A DNA stretch of 64,000 bases from Paraspadella gotoi (GCA_051294375.1 CM119268.1:7712632-7776631), one strand, 5' to 3'; numbered from the stretch's first letter, positions 11,886 to 26,166 are shown. Notes: generated from the sequence alone by a model not told the origin. Numbers and translations are program-made.

Positions 11886-14800
11886 ACCTCACTTCCCTCC
11901 TACTCGTATTTCGTTGACCAATCAAGCGGTCTGTTTCGCCATTCATTGCCCCGCCCTCACCTTGCTGCCCCGCGTCGCGCCCGTGACTGGCTGCGCCAGT
12001 GAGCGACACGATTCCATTTTCCGCCGTCGTCCAATAAGGCAACGGGAGATTTTTATGGCAAATCACAGCAGGACGTCTCGCCCGCGCCGGGGCGAGTGTG
12101 GAGAATCGTGAGAGGTGGGGCGGCGGAGGGAAGATGGGTTAGAAGCGGAAGATGGAAGGAAGAAAGGAAGGACAAAATCCTGGGACACAATTTTCCGGGG
12201 TGAGAGCAAGTTTTGGAAAAAAGGTAGAGGTAGATGAGACGTAAGGAATGATGTGAGAATGGATAAAAATGGACGTATATATAATGAATAAATGGAATAA
12301 ATGGATAAAATGGGTGGAAAGTGAACGAAAAAACATTTGTTAGGCGTGAAGGGACAGGAGGAAAAAAGAGGAAAGGAGGACAGAGGAGGAGGAGAGGAAA
12401 GAGGAGGAGGAGGAAGGAGGTGAAGGGGAAAGGAGAAGGAGGAGAGGGAGAGAAGAGGAAAGGAGGAAAGGAGGAAGGGAGGAAAGAGAAGGAAGGGAAA
12501 GGAAAGAGGAAAAGAGGAGGAGGAAAGGAAGGAAAGGGAGAAAGTAGCGAAGTGATGAAAAAGTGAAGGAAGTAAAAATTGGGAGGTAAAGAAGGGAGAA
12601 GTGAGACAGGAGGAGAAGAGGAAGGCGAGGAAGGGAGAAGGTGGATAAGGAGGAATGGATTGGAGGGAGAAAGTAGGGTGAAAGGAGGAAGGAAGTGGAG
12701 GGCAATAAGGACAGGCGATCCTCGCTAATACAAAAAAGTCGAGGGAGTAAGAGAGAGAGAAGAGAGAGGAGAGAAGGAGAGAAGAAGAGAGAGAGGAGAG
12801 AGAGAAGAGAGAGAGATAAAAGGTGATAAAAGAGAGAAAAAAAGGAGTAAGAAGGGTTAGTGAGGATCGAAACGAGGAGGGGGACGGGTGAAAGAAAACT
12901 GGAAAAGGACGCGTGGAGGAAGTCAGTCATTTGAGAGCGCCGCTTTTAAACGGTGATGGTGGAGAATGAAAGGCATAATGAAAAGTTGGAGGCAATAATA
13001 GGATAGTGTATAATTGAGTAAGTCAGAGAGTAAAGTAGTAAAAAAAGAGCCTCCGCTAACTACCAAGATACGGGCAATCGGCGCCAGCGCCACACGTGAA
13101 AAGCAGACAGACGCCATCAATGCGCGCATCGAATTCCAATCATCGGAATTTTTTTCGCGCGTCTGACGACAAACCGCGCATGACCGTCAACAAGATCAAC
13201 ACTTTGGGGCCCGTTTCACAACCTAATACCTCATTTGTGTGACGGTGATTTTAGATTCGTAACTTCACGTGACTTCTCCTCATTTCTTCCCTCACAGTCG
13301 GTGCATCCGGCCATCTGGAAGAGAAATAGAGAAAATAGAGAAAATGAGATAAAGAATTATTTTAGAATTAAGAAATTAAGATACAAAGAATGCCTCTTGG
13401 TTCTTGTTTTCGGTGGGTGCTCCATGCTGTCTGTTTTTTTGCGGTGGTATCATGAAGCGGATCTTCGTCGAGTATCGTCGTCGTCGTGCAGCGTCATACT
13501 TTTGGATCCGCGTCGGTGGCGTCGCTCTCGTCGGTCGTCGTCGTGATCTGGTCGTGTCGTTCCGGTCGCTGTCCGTGACGGTCTCCTCATCTTCAGTTCC
13601 TCGCGGAATAGAATTGGAAATGATTTATTCTTAGAATTGTCCTCACTTTGTGACCGTCGTGTCTTCGTGGATTTTGTTCATCCTATTCACATCTGTTCTC
13701 TTTGGTTTCGGTTATTAACAAGAGAATGAAGAATGAATAGAAAAGATAGAGAAGAAGAGAGATCCAGCGTGAATCTAATTGGGACTACAAATATGAGACG
13801 GAGAGCGGAAGAGCGAAAAAAGCGAAAGAGGACATTCTGCCTACAGTGTGCTTTAAGTATGTCCTCAGAGAGACAAAGTTAATTCGAAAGAAATCGCTTC
13901 AAAGTTTTAGTTCAAAATAATAGTCACATGAGGTGAGATAGAGAAAGGCAAATACAACAAATTGAAAAGAAATGAACTTTCACCCGACTTATTTGAAAAT
14001 TCAAAAAAAAAAAAAGAGAATGAGAAGGACTTTTTCACAAGGTTATACATGCTTAATTTGTCATTCTTGTCTCTTTGCCACTCTGGCCAAGAGAATCCAC
14101 CACTCATCGCAACTCCTACAGTCCGCCGTTCACGTCAATAAAAACCCGGGCGACATCCACAAAAGGGAATTCGGTGACGAGGCTGACCCGGTACCGAACG
14201 ACACGACAGCTCGACGTCAAGCCAGAGCGGGGACAGACTCGGCACGACCCGAATTGTCCGGCCTGCTGACGAGACAACCAAATGCTCGTGCGAGGCGACT
14301 TCCTTATCTTCTGTCGCCGACTGTGCTTGTTGCTCTATTATTATATCTCATCCTTCTTCTATTGTTTTTGTGTTTGTGTTGGTTTGTGTATTTTGTTTCC
14401 TCTTTTTTATTGTGTCCTATGTTCTTCTCTTCGGATCGATGTTATAGGAACGTTTCTCTTTTGGCGTGCAATGCTCAGCATGGGTGGGGATGAGAAATCA
14501 GTTTTCGGGAAACTGGAATGGTTTCTTTGTTCCTTTGATTTTTTATTCCTTTTTTTCTTTTTTTTTTTTTTTTTTTTCGCAGATATATAAATAGAGTTGG
14601 AATGAAAGTTGATTTTGGCAGTCAGTTTCTAGTTTTATTTCTGCTTTAACTTATTTAACGAAGACCATTCCGACCGAAACGACCGCCGCTGATTTGAATC
14701 CGATTCCTTGAATCCTAAAATACTGGAGTAGAGTGATAAAACTAGTTATTAGGTTACCATTAGCTATGTTGTTTTATAGAATGAATCAATTAGATTAGGG

Positions 14801-17495
14801 AGGAAGAATTCCTATCTGACTCGGTCGGATATTCTAGGAATATTGCCAGACGTCTAAATGTGAGTGTAAAAAATAATATCCGTTTTAAATCATAAGGGTA
14901 AGTTTTAGTCCCAAAGGATTCATCAAGCGTGTGGCACGTATAAACGGGTAAAAAAAAGGAACTTCATTTAAAAATAAAATACAAAGTTATGGTAATTTAA
15001 TGTTGATAAACCGAAAAGTAAGATTTAAATTATTCAAAATACTAATGATTCCACTGTTTTGCTTGAGCAGTTTTAAGAACTTGTCCGCAAATATTACTCG
15101 ACGTCACAACAGATGAATAGACCGCCGCTCCGTCGCCAGCAGGCATCCCCGCCGTCGCCCGCGCACGCGGATCTCGGCCCGCAAAAACGCGGAAAAAAAT
15201 TATTCTCGTAGAAGTCGCGACTTTAAAAAAAAAAATTCCTCTTCCATCATATCTGGAGAAAAAAAGATATTATAAAATAAGAAAAAAGAGAAAAAGAAAG
15301 AAAAAGACAGCTGTCTGGGAAAGAAGAGAGATGAGAAACTAACATTATCCGGGTTATTTATGACCATCATTTGTTCCAGAAGAGAGGTTTGGATAAAGAT
15401 GGAAGAAAGGCAAAGGAGGGGCTGTTGTTGTTGTCTTTGGTTGTCGTCCGGTGTTTTATAGCGTCCTTGCTTGATTATAAAGTTTGGCCTGAAGATTGTC
15501 ATTTTCTTTTGGAAGGAGGACCGGAAGGAATTATCAGGGAGGGAGTTGGGAGAGGAGAAAGGGAAGAGGAGGAGGAAAGAACATATGAAAAAGAGAGGAA
15601 CACTTTAGCGGGGTTGAAGAAGGAACAGGTGGGAGGATATAACAAGAAGAAGAGAGTAAAAGAGGTGGAGAAGGAGAGGAATGAAGAGGAGGAGGAAAAG
15701 GAGGAGGACGAACCGCGGTGAGGGCGAGGAAATGAAGATAACAAGATGAGATGCAGAACGGGTTTCTGTTTGAGATTAATCCAAAATGACGTTTCCTGAT
15801 CGCGACCAAGATTTTTTTTTTCTCATGACTTTATGAAAAGTAACCAGAGAGGATTCTCTCTTTTTTTTTTTAAATCTTGAAATGGGAATATTAAGCTGAC
15901 GACAGAGAGAGAGAGAAAGGTGAGGAAAAGGGGAGAGAAAGAGGGGGGGGAGAAGAAATATGAGAATAAAGAATAACGAATAAAATGAGGAAGAGAAAGA
16001 AAGAAAAAAAAGAAAGAAAGAAGAAAGAAAGATAGAAGAAAGGAAGAAAGAAAAAAAAAAGAAGAAAGAAAGAACGAAAGAAGAAAAAGAAAGAAAAAGA
16101 AAGAAAGAAAGAGAAAGAAAGAAAAGAAAAGAGAAAGAAAGAAAAAAGAATCGAACCCAAAAAAGTAAAAATAAAACAATTGGATTAAGCGGCGCGACCA
16201 AAACAAAAAGAAACCGAAGGAAAAATTTATCTCCTTTTACTCGAGTTGAAGTCTCTCGACTCTCAGAGGCGAACATGTCGTGAATGACCGTCGTCTTCGC
16301 GTCGTCGTCGTCGTCCGTTCGTCGTCGTCGTTGTCGTCGTTGTCGTCGTCGGTGTCGTCGTCGTCAATAATGTATTAAACTTTTTTAGAAGGCGGTGGTG
16401 GTCTACGGCTCGAGGTGAAGGGCTTTAAGCTTGTGAAGAGATGTGATGTAATTTATGCGGGTAGTTTAAACACTAATCCTCTCACTCCCTTCCACTGCCC
16501 TCGATTTATCTGGAAGAAATATTCCTCTGATATGGTCAATCAAGATGAAAAAGAACTGAAATTACATGGAGTTTCGGGAGAACCATTCGTGAGACCATCT
16601 ATTTAACAATTAATTTTTATTTTATTTATTTATCAGATTAAAATAAAAGAAAGAAAGTATGTACGTGAAAAAAATAGTTCGTTACTTTAATCAGATCTAT
16701 TCCGAACTAAAACAATTTGCAAAAGAATGTTAACGACCGTCGTGAGCAAATGATCCGGTAGCGACGAGGCCGTGTGAGTAAAAAAATAAAACCTTCGCAT
16801 TAAATTAAACCGTCCGTCCCATTTCGATGCATGACCGGACGATCGAGGAGAGAGAAGAGAGAGGACGATTGACGGAGAGACCCTCTTCGCCTCTCTCGGT
16901 CAAAATTTTCTCATGATCCTAATATACGAAAACAATAAATCAGTTTTTATTATTTTTCTTTCTCGTCACCATTAATTTTTTTCTCGTTATAAATGAGATT
17001 ATTTTTTGTTTCGATAAGACGAAAGGCGAAGATCGAAGGATCAGGGCGACTCATAACCAGCACTCTTTGTTAAACTTTGGGTGCGAAGTGGAAAGGAGGG
17101 TGGGGAGATGGGTGGAGAGTGGAGCGTGGTTGCGTCGAGGATTTATGGGTGGGGCGTCTTTGTGTAATGGGTTGGGTTTTCCGTGCAGGAGCTCGAGTGA
17201 GAGACTTTTCTTCTTTTCTTTCTTTTTTTATGCGATCGGTGTGAGAAAAATCATCGAATTAGTAAGATTCGTGTAGCGAATGGGCGGAGTTTTTTAACCA
17301 GTTTGCGACGGAGAAAAAAAGGGGGAGGTTAAACGGGGTCTAGGAAGAGGGTAAGCGCATTTTTGGTGTGAAAAGAAAAAGATTGAGGTCGAGCCAATCT
17401 CCCTTATTTTCTTATTTTTTTTTTGATCGAGATACAAGATTTTGGAGAATAAAGTTCGCGCCTCGATCGANNNNNNNNNNNNNNNNNNNNNNNNN

Positions 17496-17519
17496 AGAGA
17501 GAGGAGAAGAGAGAGAGAG

Positions 17520-17561
<42 letters not shown>

Positions 17562-18248
17562 CTGCAGAGCTCGCCGACCGATTTACGATCAACTGCGTCT
17601 TATGGAAAAGGGGAAGAATGGAATCTCGCGGAATCTTGGAATTTGATGGAACTTTTTCTCGGGTTTTTTTTTCTCGATGTCTGATCAAATCGAAATAGAG
17701 AATGAAATGGGTTTTTCTTTTAGGTCCGAATACGAATAGATTTTAAATTTATCAATTTATTAAATTTATAGTGTTTTTCAAGTACCGCGATTGACAATAC
17801 TTGAAGATGTTTATCGAAGAATCATTTTGTGAAAATCACATCGGAAGTCTAGAGTCGACTTTATATTTCCACATCGCTAATTTTAACCCGAGGAGTTTTC
17901 AAATTATTTTCTTGGCTCTTTATTTGCAAAAAAAATGTTAAATGTTTTGAAAACATTGAAGTTAATTTGTCAGGAAAATATTAAAGATTCAATTTATTAG
18001 TGGCAGTGAGCGGGGTACACAAAAAAGGCATTCCAAACTGATCACATTTTTACAAATAATTGCATGGAAAACCAGACTTTACGACTCCAACTACTCCTAA
18101 TATAGAAACATTGTTTGATTGTAACAGTTGTCTTCCGAGTCTTTCCACTCGCGCGGAGATCGAGTCACACTGTGGTTCGAACCCTGGAAGGTCTCCAACT
18201 TTTGAGCTCAAATTTCCAGGGACGTCTCGGCTTCTCGTTTCTGTGTCT

Positions 18249-18316
<68 letters not shown>

Positions 18317-18700
18317 GTTCGAAAGAAGCGACGAAAGAGAGAAAACAGAGAGAAGAGAAAATAAATAAGGGAAGGAAAGATAACAAAACAGAAGAAGAGG
18401 AAGAAAGAGAAAAAGAGAGGAACGAGAGAGGAATTCGTCAAGAAAAAGGGATAAGCTTTTTCGGGTTACGATATTTCCGAAATCTACGAGGAACTTGGGA
18501 GTAGACCCGAGAGATGGCGCGGCCGAGAGAAAACAACAAACAAAAGGGAAAAGAAGATAAAAAAAGAAGAAAGAGCGAAACTCGTCCCGTTGGCAAAAAG
18601 GCTATTTTTTTTTCTATTTTTTTATTTTTCTCTTTTTAGATCAAAGCGCTGACTCATATTTGTGAATCACAGCCCGTGCCATGTTCCCTTTCGTTTGAGG

Positions 18701-18790
<90 letters not shown>

Positions 18791-19270
18791 GAGAGAGCAG
18801 GAAAAAAAAAGGCAAAAGAGAAAAGAAAAAGAAGAAAATGAGAGGGAGTCCCTATTTTATCGGAAAAAATTGCAGTCGAGGTCTATGGAGAGAAATTCTG
18901 GGTTAATTGTCGTCCCCTTTTCTCCGCTGAACTCACTTATCGAGATAACCTTTCACGACGTTGGCTTAAAAGGCCGACCGTGAGGGCTGAGGAGTATTGC
19001 TTCGAGTTATGGCGCATTTCTGGATATTATGGGTTATAAAGGATATTCGCTTGTCATGAAAAGTATTTAGTATTCCATCGTAAATAAAGTAAGACTTCCA
19101 CCGTAATTTTTTTCGATGATGAAGAGAGAAAATAAAATTTATCGACGAAAGAACCGAAAAAAAAAACCCAATGTTTGTTTTGATTTTTTAAAAGCGACAC
19201 ATTGATCCCAAAAGTGTAAAGGCNNNNNNNNNNNNNNNNNNNNNNNNNTAGGCGGTCCCATTAATTTCAA
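17496..19270. repeat. Duplicated block B, copy 2 (carries the hAT empty site)
   Basis: Matches 6290-9360 minus 6949-8126. It starts at a 25-N gap and contains another at 19224-19248. Confidence 0.95.
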
Positions 19271-19272
19271 AA

Positions 19273-19384
<112 letters not shown>

Positions 19385-20978
19385 GTCTTATTTGAATTTA
19401 GTTATGGATTTGTTCCGGTCTAAAAAATCAGAAAAAGCTGAGCTCATATAGAGGGAAAGAAAAGTTTGTGGAAGAATAGAATGGAGAAGAAGAAAGAAAG
19501 AAAAAGAAAAGGAAGAAGAATAATCGTTGAAGAAGTTGAAAAAAGACATAAATCTTGATGTCAAGTATGAAAAGGAGGCCGAATTATTACTCGTAGGCGG
19601 AATTGGCGCCAAATAAAAGGAGAGAAGGAAGACGAGAGAGAGATTAAAAAAAAAGTCTAAAAAATAGAAAAAAGAGGGTTTTTTTTATATTTCGCCTTAG
19701 ACTGAAGGAATAAACGATACAAAGTAAGAGAAAGGTCGAGGTTGAAGGGAGAATAGAAAAATTAAATATATAAAGTTTTGTGGAAACCTTCTGAGGCCAG
19801 GCAATTGTGGGCGGAAAGGAGAAAGGAGAGAGGAGTCTTGGATGTCCATCTTGGTTGCCATCTTTATTTCCCGCCTAAAAAATTATGTTGTTGCGAAGAC
19901 CGACGGAGCTATTTGGCCAGATTTCATCTTCCCCGGATGACATTTTTTTTTATCTCTTTTTTGCGCTCTCTCTCTTCTCTCTCTCACTCTCTCATATCTC
20001 TTCATGATCGCTTGTATTTTCATATCCAAACGAGATAGGAAGGACGCAAAAGCGTCGTAGAGCCAAACGCAAAAATTTCTTGTTGGGGAAATCGTAAAAA
20101 TTGCGAATGATTGACAGAATCCGCTTCCAATTTTCATTTCTTTGTTTCTTCTGCTTTTTCCTTTATTTTTGGCGGTAGTAGCTCAAAGAGAATCGCTACC
20201 ATAGGTTCTCTTTAATTTAAAATTGACACGATATCGCTCCGCTGCAAATATCACGATCAAATTATTCTGATATCTTGTCAAACCTTTTCCCTTCTTATTA
20301 TCTGACATTTTTCTTTTCCTTACACAGTTCCTCTATAAAAAAAAAAGTGACAAATCCTATTCTGAATATAACTGATTAGTTGCAATCGTAGAATGACAAC
20401 CGCTACAAACCGACTCCCCTCCCGCTGTGGATGACTACATTTCAACGGAATCGACTTACCCAACGAGGGCCACCTCACCTTATTGGGGCGTCTCACGGGT
20501 GGCGAATTTTCGACCCGTTCGACCTCAACGTCAAGGATAATTTCCGAGAAATTAAAAATCCTCGGGTTTTCTCCGTCAGGTGAGAAGAGAGATCGAGATG
20601 GGAAGCCCAGTAAAAGGAATTTTGAAAAAAAAAAAGATGGCGACCAAACGGGAAAGAAGTTTCTACCTAAAATGGTTGCAAAAATTATTTTTGGTCGTTG
20701 TTTGTAATAACGGTTGGGTGCAAAAGTACGGTTGTTTTTTTTTTTTGTTTTTTTTTAAAATTTAGGATAAAGGGAACGCCGTAGGACATATAAAGATAAA
20801 GAGGATCGACAAAGGACAGAGAAGTTAGGAAGGGCCAAGTGACGCAGGCCTCACCAAAGACCCGAGTTCACTAAAAAAAATTACAAGTTATAATAAAAAA
20901 TCTAATTTGAATTGCTTCGTCGAATTCTCACTCGACGTTTTGTAAACCGGAGCTTGAAGATTATGACAACCTCCGTCT

Positions 20979-21051
<73 letters not shown>

Positions 21052-21997
21052 TCTGGACTGCAGGAAGCCTTTCCCCGACTCGCGTTAATCATGTAGAAAA
21101 AGAATAAAAGGCTTCGCCCGATTAAGAAATGGTGTCCACTCCAAGTAATTTCCTCATATGGAGCGACACTTTTTTTGGCCAACTCGCGCGCAAGCGACGG
21201 ACAGAATTTGTCTCCTTGGGGAGGATGAGAGAGAGGGAGGGAAGTCAGGGAGGAGAGCGGGGATGGGGAAGGTTTTGAAGAAAAAAAGATAGGAACAGAA
21301 AAAGATTAGACCGAGAAAAAAAAAAGGAAAAATGGGAAAGAAAGGGAAAGTGAGTGGGGTATCAATGAAAAAAGAAGAAGGGAAAGAAACTAGTTAATGG
21401 TATGAAGAGGAATGAGAAGCTTAAAATTAATATATTAATTATATAATAAATTAATATAGTTATAGAGAGAACAACAATAAGATCCCTACCCAACCAATCG
21501 TAATTTTATTACTCGTATACCTTATATCATTACGTAAAATTGAAATGACTCTATAAAGTTTAAAAAAAAAGTAATCTTATTCTTTTATTAGAAAGGCCTC
21601 TGTTTCGACGGTAAGTGTCAGACTCCTTCAACTCGGGTTCATAACCTATTGTACCTTCCAACTGTCCGACCCGCCCTCTAGTCGGGCAGTCTCTCCCTCG
21701 ATCTCCGTCGTGCAGAGGTCCGGGCTTCCTCTTCTCTCACTCCTGTGAATTATATCGTCGGTCTGTCCGGAAATCGTGGCGCCATTCGTCCGGACCGACG
21801 TTGACGACGGAAAAACCCGCAGTGAGAATTGACAAAGTTATTGTCATCAAACGAAGCCAGACGACGGGCGACGCTAAGAGCAAATTGACAGACGTTTTGT
21901 ACCAAGAAAGACGCGTGGTTCTGACCGGCGACGGAGCCGCTAGGGAAAAAAAAAGTGGAGAGTGTCGAAACGTATGTGTGGAGTTTCTAGTCGGATG

Positions 21998-22046
<49 letters not shown>

Positions 22047-22273
22047 CTTCTTCTCTCTCTCTCATCTCTTCTCTCTCCCTCTCTCGGATCGATTCGTTGC
22101 ATGCCCAAGTATCCTCCGGCTCCCCACAACACACCGGAAGTGCATCAACCAAAACGGGCGTTCTTGTTGCCCTTCAAACAGCCCACATCTAGTTTCCCAT
22201 TCTCTATTTTTAGAAGGAACAAGTTAAGCTTTATTCGTTAATTAAAAAAATCTAAATATCATGTTAATCATTC

Positions 22274-23272
22274 GGCCCTTTTTCAAAATATTAACATTGT
22301 GTAGCGAGATAGGGCGGACGGAGGAAGGAGCAGGGCGTTAAACCTGGAGGCCCTTTTTCAAAATTTATAACATTGTGTACGAGCATAGGCGGGACGGAGA
22401 AGGAGCAGGGCGTTAACCTGGGAGGCCCTTTTTCAAAATATTAACATTGTGTACGAGATAGTGCGGACGGAGGAAAGCGAGCAGGGCGTTAACCTGGAGG
22501 CCCTTTTTTTCAAAATATAACATTGTGTACGACATAGCGCGGACGGTAGGAAGGAGCAGGGCTTAACCTGGAGGCCCTTTTTCAAAATATAACATTGTGT
22601 ACGAAGATAGCGCGGACGGAGAAGGAGCAGGCGTTAACCTGGAGGCCCTTTTCAAATATAACATTGTGTACGAGATAGGCGGACGGAGGAAGGAGCAGGG
22701 CCGTTAACCGGAGGCCCCTTTTTCAAAATATGAACATTGTGTACCGAAGAAGGCGGATCGGAGAGGAAGGAGCATGGCGTTTTAACTTGCGTGAGGCCCT
22801 TTTTTTCAATATATAACATTGTGTACGCCAGATCAGGCGGACGGAGAAGGAAGCAGGGGCGTTAACCTGGAGGCCCTTTTTCAAAATAATAACATTGTGC
22901 TTACGAGATAGCGCGGACGGAAGGAAGGAGCAGGGCGGTTAACCTGGAGGCCCTTTTTTTCAAAATTTATAACATTGATGTACGAGATAGGCGGAACGGA
23001 GGAAGGAAGCAGGGCGTAAACTGGAGGCCCTTTTTCAAAATATAACATATGTGTTTACGGATAGGCGGACGGAGGAAGGAGCAGGGTCGTTAACCTGGAG
23101 GCCCTTTTCAAAAATATAAACATTGTGTACGAGATAGGCGACGGAGGAAGGAGCAGGCGTTAACCTGGAGGCCCTTTTTCAAAATTAACATTGTGTACGA
23201 GATAGGCGGGACGGCAGGAAAGGAGCAGCGCGTTAACCTGGAGGCCCTTTTTCAAAACCCTATAACATTGTG
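22274..23272. repeat. Tandem minisatellite, ~71-bp unit, 13 full copies plus a partial one
   Basis: Consensus GGCCCTTTTTCAAAATATAACATTGTGTACGAGATAGGCGGACGGAGGAAGGAGCAGGGCGTTAACCTGGA, head-to-tail with no spacers. Absent from the homologous site at ~2266-2300. Confidence 0.95.
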
Positions 23273-23334
23273 CCCCCCCCCCAAGTTTTTTTCAGCCAAC
23301 TAACTTTTTGGCACCTTTTCTTTTCTTATCTCTC

Positions 23335-23765
23335 TCTTCTCTTTTCCTCGTCCCTATTTTTCCTGTTTCTCCCTTTTCTTTTTCTTTTATCTCTCTTCTC
23401 TTTTTTCCTTCGGTATTTTTTTTTCCTTTTCTCCCTTTCCTTTTTACTTTTATCTCTCCTCTCTCTTCCTCCGTATTTTTTTTCCTTCTCCCTTTTCTTC
23501 TTCTTTTATCTCTCTCTCTCTCTTTCCTCGTATTTTTTTCCTTTTCCTCCCTTCTTTCCTTTTATCTCTCTCTCTCTCTTTCCTCGTTATTTTTTTTTTA
23601 CCTTTCCCCCTTCTTTTCTTATCTCCTCTTTCCTCGTAATTTTCCTTTTCCTCCTTTCTTTTCTTTATCTTCTCTCTCTCTCTTTCCTCGGTATTTTTTT
23701 TCCTTTCTCCCTTTCTTTTCTTTATCTCTCTCTTCTTTCCTTCGTATTTCCTTTCCTCCCTTTTT
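23335..23765. repeat. Pyrimidine-rich minisatellite, ~55-60-bp unit, ~8 copies
   Basis: Recurring TTTCCTCGTATTTTTTTTCC...TTTATCTCTCTC unit. It corresponds to the N gap 1786-2188 and its flanks in copy 1. Confidence 0.8.
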
Positions 23766-24140
23766 AGTTTCCTCCCTCTTTTCCTCGCTGATCTCTCCTC
23801 GTCGATATTCTGCGTTCCCCGACTTCGCGCCTTCCTCTCTTTCTCTTCTCTCGTTCGTAACATTATCTTTTTCTTCCCTTTTTTTCTTTTCTTCTCCCTC
23901 ACTTTCCTCGCCAACCTTCCTCACGCCCTCCCCGTAACTTGTATTTTTTACCCGCCATGAGCCCATGACATATTTTCTTCGTTCGATTCCTAGTTTCCGC
24001 TTTCTAACTTTTAATTTGAGTTCTTTTTCATGCCATTTTTACTTTCAATCGCCTGCTTTTGTTTATTAAAACTCTCATTTGTTTATTTTTCCCCCTTTTT
24101 TATCACCTTTTTCTCATATTTCCAACTGCCTTCAAACAAT

Positions 24141-24465
24141 GTTTTTTTAGTTGCACCGCGAGTTCTCGCGGAGCAACTCTATAAGTCACTTTTCGGTCGG
24201 TCTGTCATTCGCCATCGAATCAGCTCCGGTCAGTTATGTCTGTCCGTCGGTCTGTCCTACTACTCAGTAACTTGCATATAATTGGTTGTTTCATTGTCAA
24301 GATAGAAAAAACATCAAATCTAAAAAGGACTTTTTTTTGCAAAGGCCCGCCACCTTCAGGAAATCTAAAATAATAAAGAATAAAAAAACAAAATTCCGAT
24401 GCCAGTGAAAGCCAAAATACAGGCCTAAGAAAGTTAAAAGTCAACATGCAACAATGCAACACATA
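24141..24465 (+). mobile_element. HINE-like element, copy 2 (same locus as 926-1345 within block A)
   Basis: TTTTTTTAGTTGCACCGCGAGTTCTCGCGGAGCAACTCTATAAGTCACTTTTCGGTCGGTCTGTC; palindrome at 24149-24178. Confidence 0.6.
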
Positions 24466-25235
24466 TTCAGGTATGTCATGCACATGAGAAATACGCGGAA
24501 AGGCCACACTCTCTCTTTCCTTCCCCTCCGACGGTTTTGTGTGGATTTTCTCCCGTTTTGTTTCAACGAATCTCTCTTTATCGCTTCTCTCCCTCGAGTG
24601 AGCCGGGTCATCGTCCTACCACAATCTACCCACCCACTCTCCATCCATTTATCCCCAACCCCATCCCCATCCCCTTCCACAATCCCCATCCTCTTCCATA
24701 ATCCCCATCGTCCATCCCTCCCTCCAGAAAATCTTGGTCACAACCTCCTTAATCCTCTCTCGTTGGCGCCGTCATCGACCCTGCATCAAAGGCCTCTGGC
24801 GTGCCAGAATCCCTTTGCCAAAGGTCGGTCAGAGAGGCGAGTGAAGATTCGAGGGGGTGAGCATTGTGACGACCCGGGTGGAGGGGAGAGGGGAAGGCAA
24901 TGAGAGAAGGAAAGGAGATAGGATAAAGGAGGAAAGAAGAAAAGGAAAGATCGAATAAAGAAAGAATGCAATCGAAACCGAGTAAATGTTAACGTGGCTA
25001 ATAAACGAAAGAAACTGAAAATTGCCGAAGGAGTTCGTTTGTTTCTGGAATAGCTTTTCGATTGAACGAGAAATTTTAAAATGACGGTTTCCCGCTTTAC
25101 AACAAACATGATATCATACAAGCGAAAACAACCACGCAAATATAGCCTATTTTCGATCCAACCACCCCGCCGACCTTTTCGGGTCTCGCTCGAAGCCATC
25201 AGCGATTGATTATCTTCGGTCATCGACATTCTCAG

Positions 25236-25367
25236 ACGCATCAGTGGTCTTGGTGGAAGCGGATTTGAAAAAAAAGATGCAAGGAGAGAAAGCGGAGGCG
25301 GAGGCAACTCGCTCAAAGGTCGAAAGGGTTCCTCCGACCGGGGCGGATGAGACGGCAATGCTTACGG
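25236..25367 (+). CDS. Candidate phase-1/phase-1 exon (ASVVLVEADLKKKMQGEKAEAEATRSKVERVPPTGADETAMLT)
   Basis: Acceptor ttctcag| and donor g|gttgag around a 132-nt open frame. A frameshifted copy lies at ~10307-10456. Confidence 0.55.
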
Positions 25368-26113
25368 GTTGAGACTGCAACTATGAGAGATGGCGATGGA
25401 GGCATGGATATAGAAATGAAAAGGCAGACATGAGGACGGATTTTAGGGATCATAGAAAGACGTAATAGTACATAGAATTGTTATAAAGATGAGGCGGTCG
25501 CTGGAATGACTTTGCGACAACGTTACAATCAACGGCGCAATAGTGTGAACACAATGAGAAAACTGACGCCGTCGAAAATTGGAGGAAAACAGCAAAGTTC
25601 CGACGCGTAACGCCGGCTAGAAAAAACGACTCCGGCGACGACTGATAATGTCGACCGAAGTCGCGCCGACGAACCTAAAACGGCGCTGACCTCGAACGGC
25701 GTCGGCGTCACGCGGCGTCGCGCGGCGTCGAGCGGCGTCACGGGCCGGAAATGAGTCTGACAGTCACGGATGTCGTTTTACTCGTGGGGAGGAGAATGGG
25801 AAGTGATCCGCGGGTTGGAAGAACTTGATGGAGAAATGAGAGGAAAGAGGAAAGAGAGAGAGAAATTATTTAAAAAAAAAACGACGAACGAAAAAAGAAT
25901 AGAAAAAATAAGAAAAAAAGACTCCAAAACAAAAAAAGAAAAAAGGGATGGGACGAAAAAAATAGAGAACAATGATGAGACAAGCGAGACAAGAAAAGAG
26001 AAAAAGGGAGAAGATAAAATGAAAAAAAAAGAAAGAAAGAAAATAAATAAATAGACCAACTCCGAACGACGAGTTCCAACAATCCCGGGTACAGAGGGGA
26101 AGATCTCGTGACT

Positions 26114-26166
<53 letters not shown>

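Larger units (their letters stand above)
9500..17470. repeat. Duplicated block C, copy 1 (direct copy at 24520-31577)
   Basis: Collinear for ~8 kb, from aatctctctttatcgcttct to ggagaataaagttcgcgcctcgatcga. The differences are mostly indels. Confidence 0.95.

Noticed and set aside
22274-23272. CRISPR-like appearance of the regular array
   Set aside because: The whole 71-bp unit repeats with no unique spacers, there are no cas genes, and the context is eukaryotic.
24498-24545. Resemblance to the PacBio SMRTbell adapter at the A/C block junction
   Set aside because: The match is low-complexity, the 3' part is homologous to genomic sequence at ~9505-9530, and the flanks are not reverse complements of each other.
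25621-25754. Open GC-rich frame (KTTPATTDNVDRSRADEPK...) as a further exon
   Set aside because: There is no clear donor, the two copies disagree strongly, and open frames are common in CGA/GCG-rich sequence. Left unresolved.
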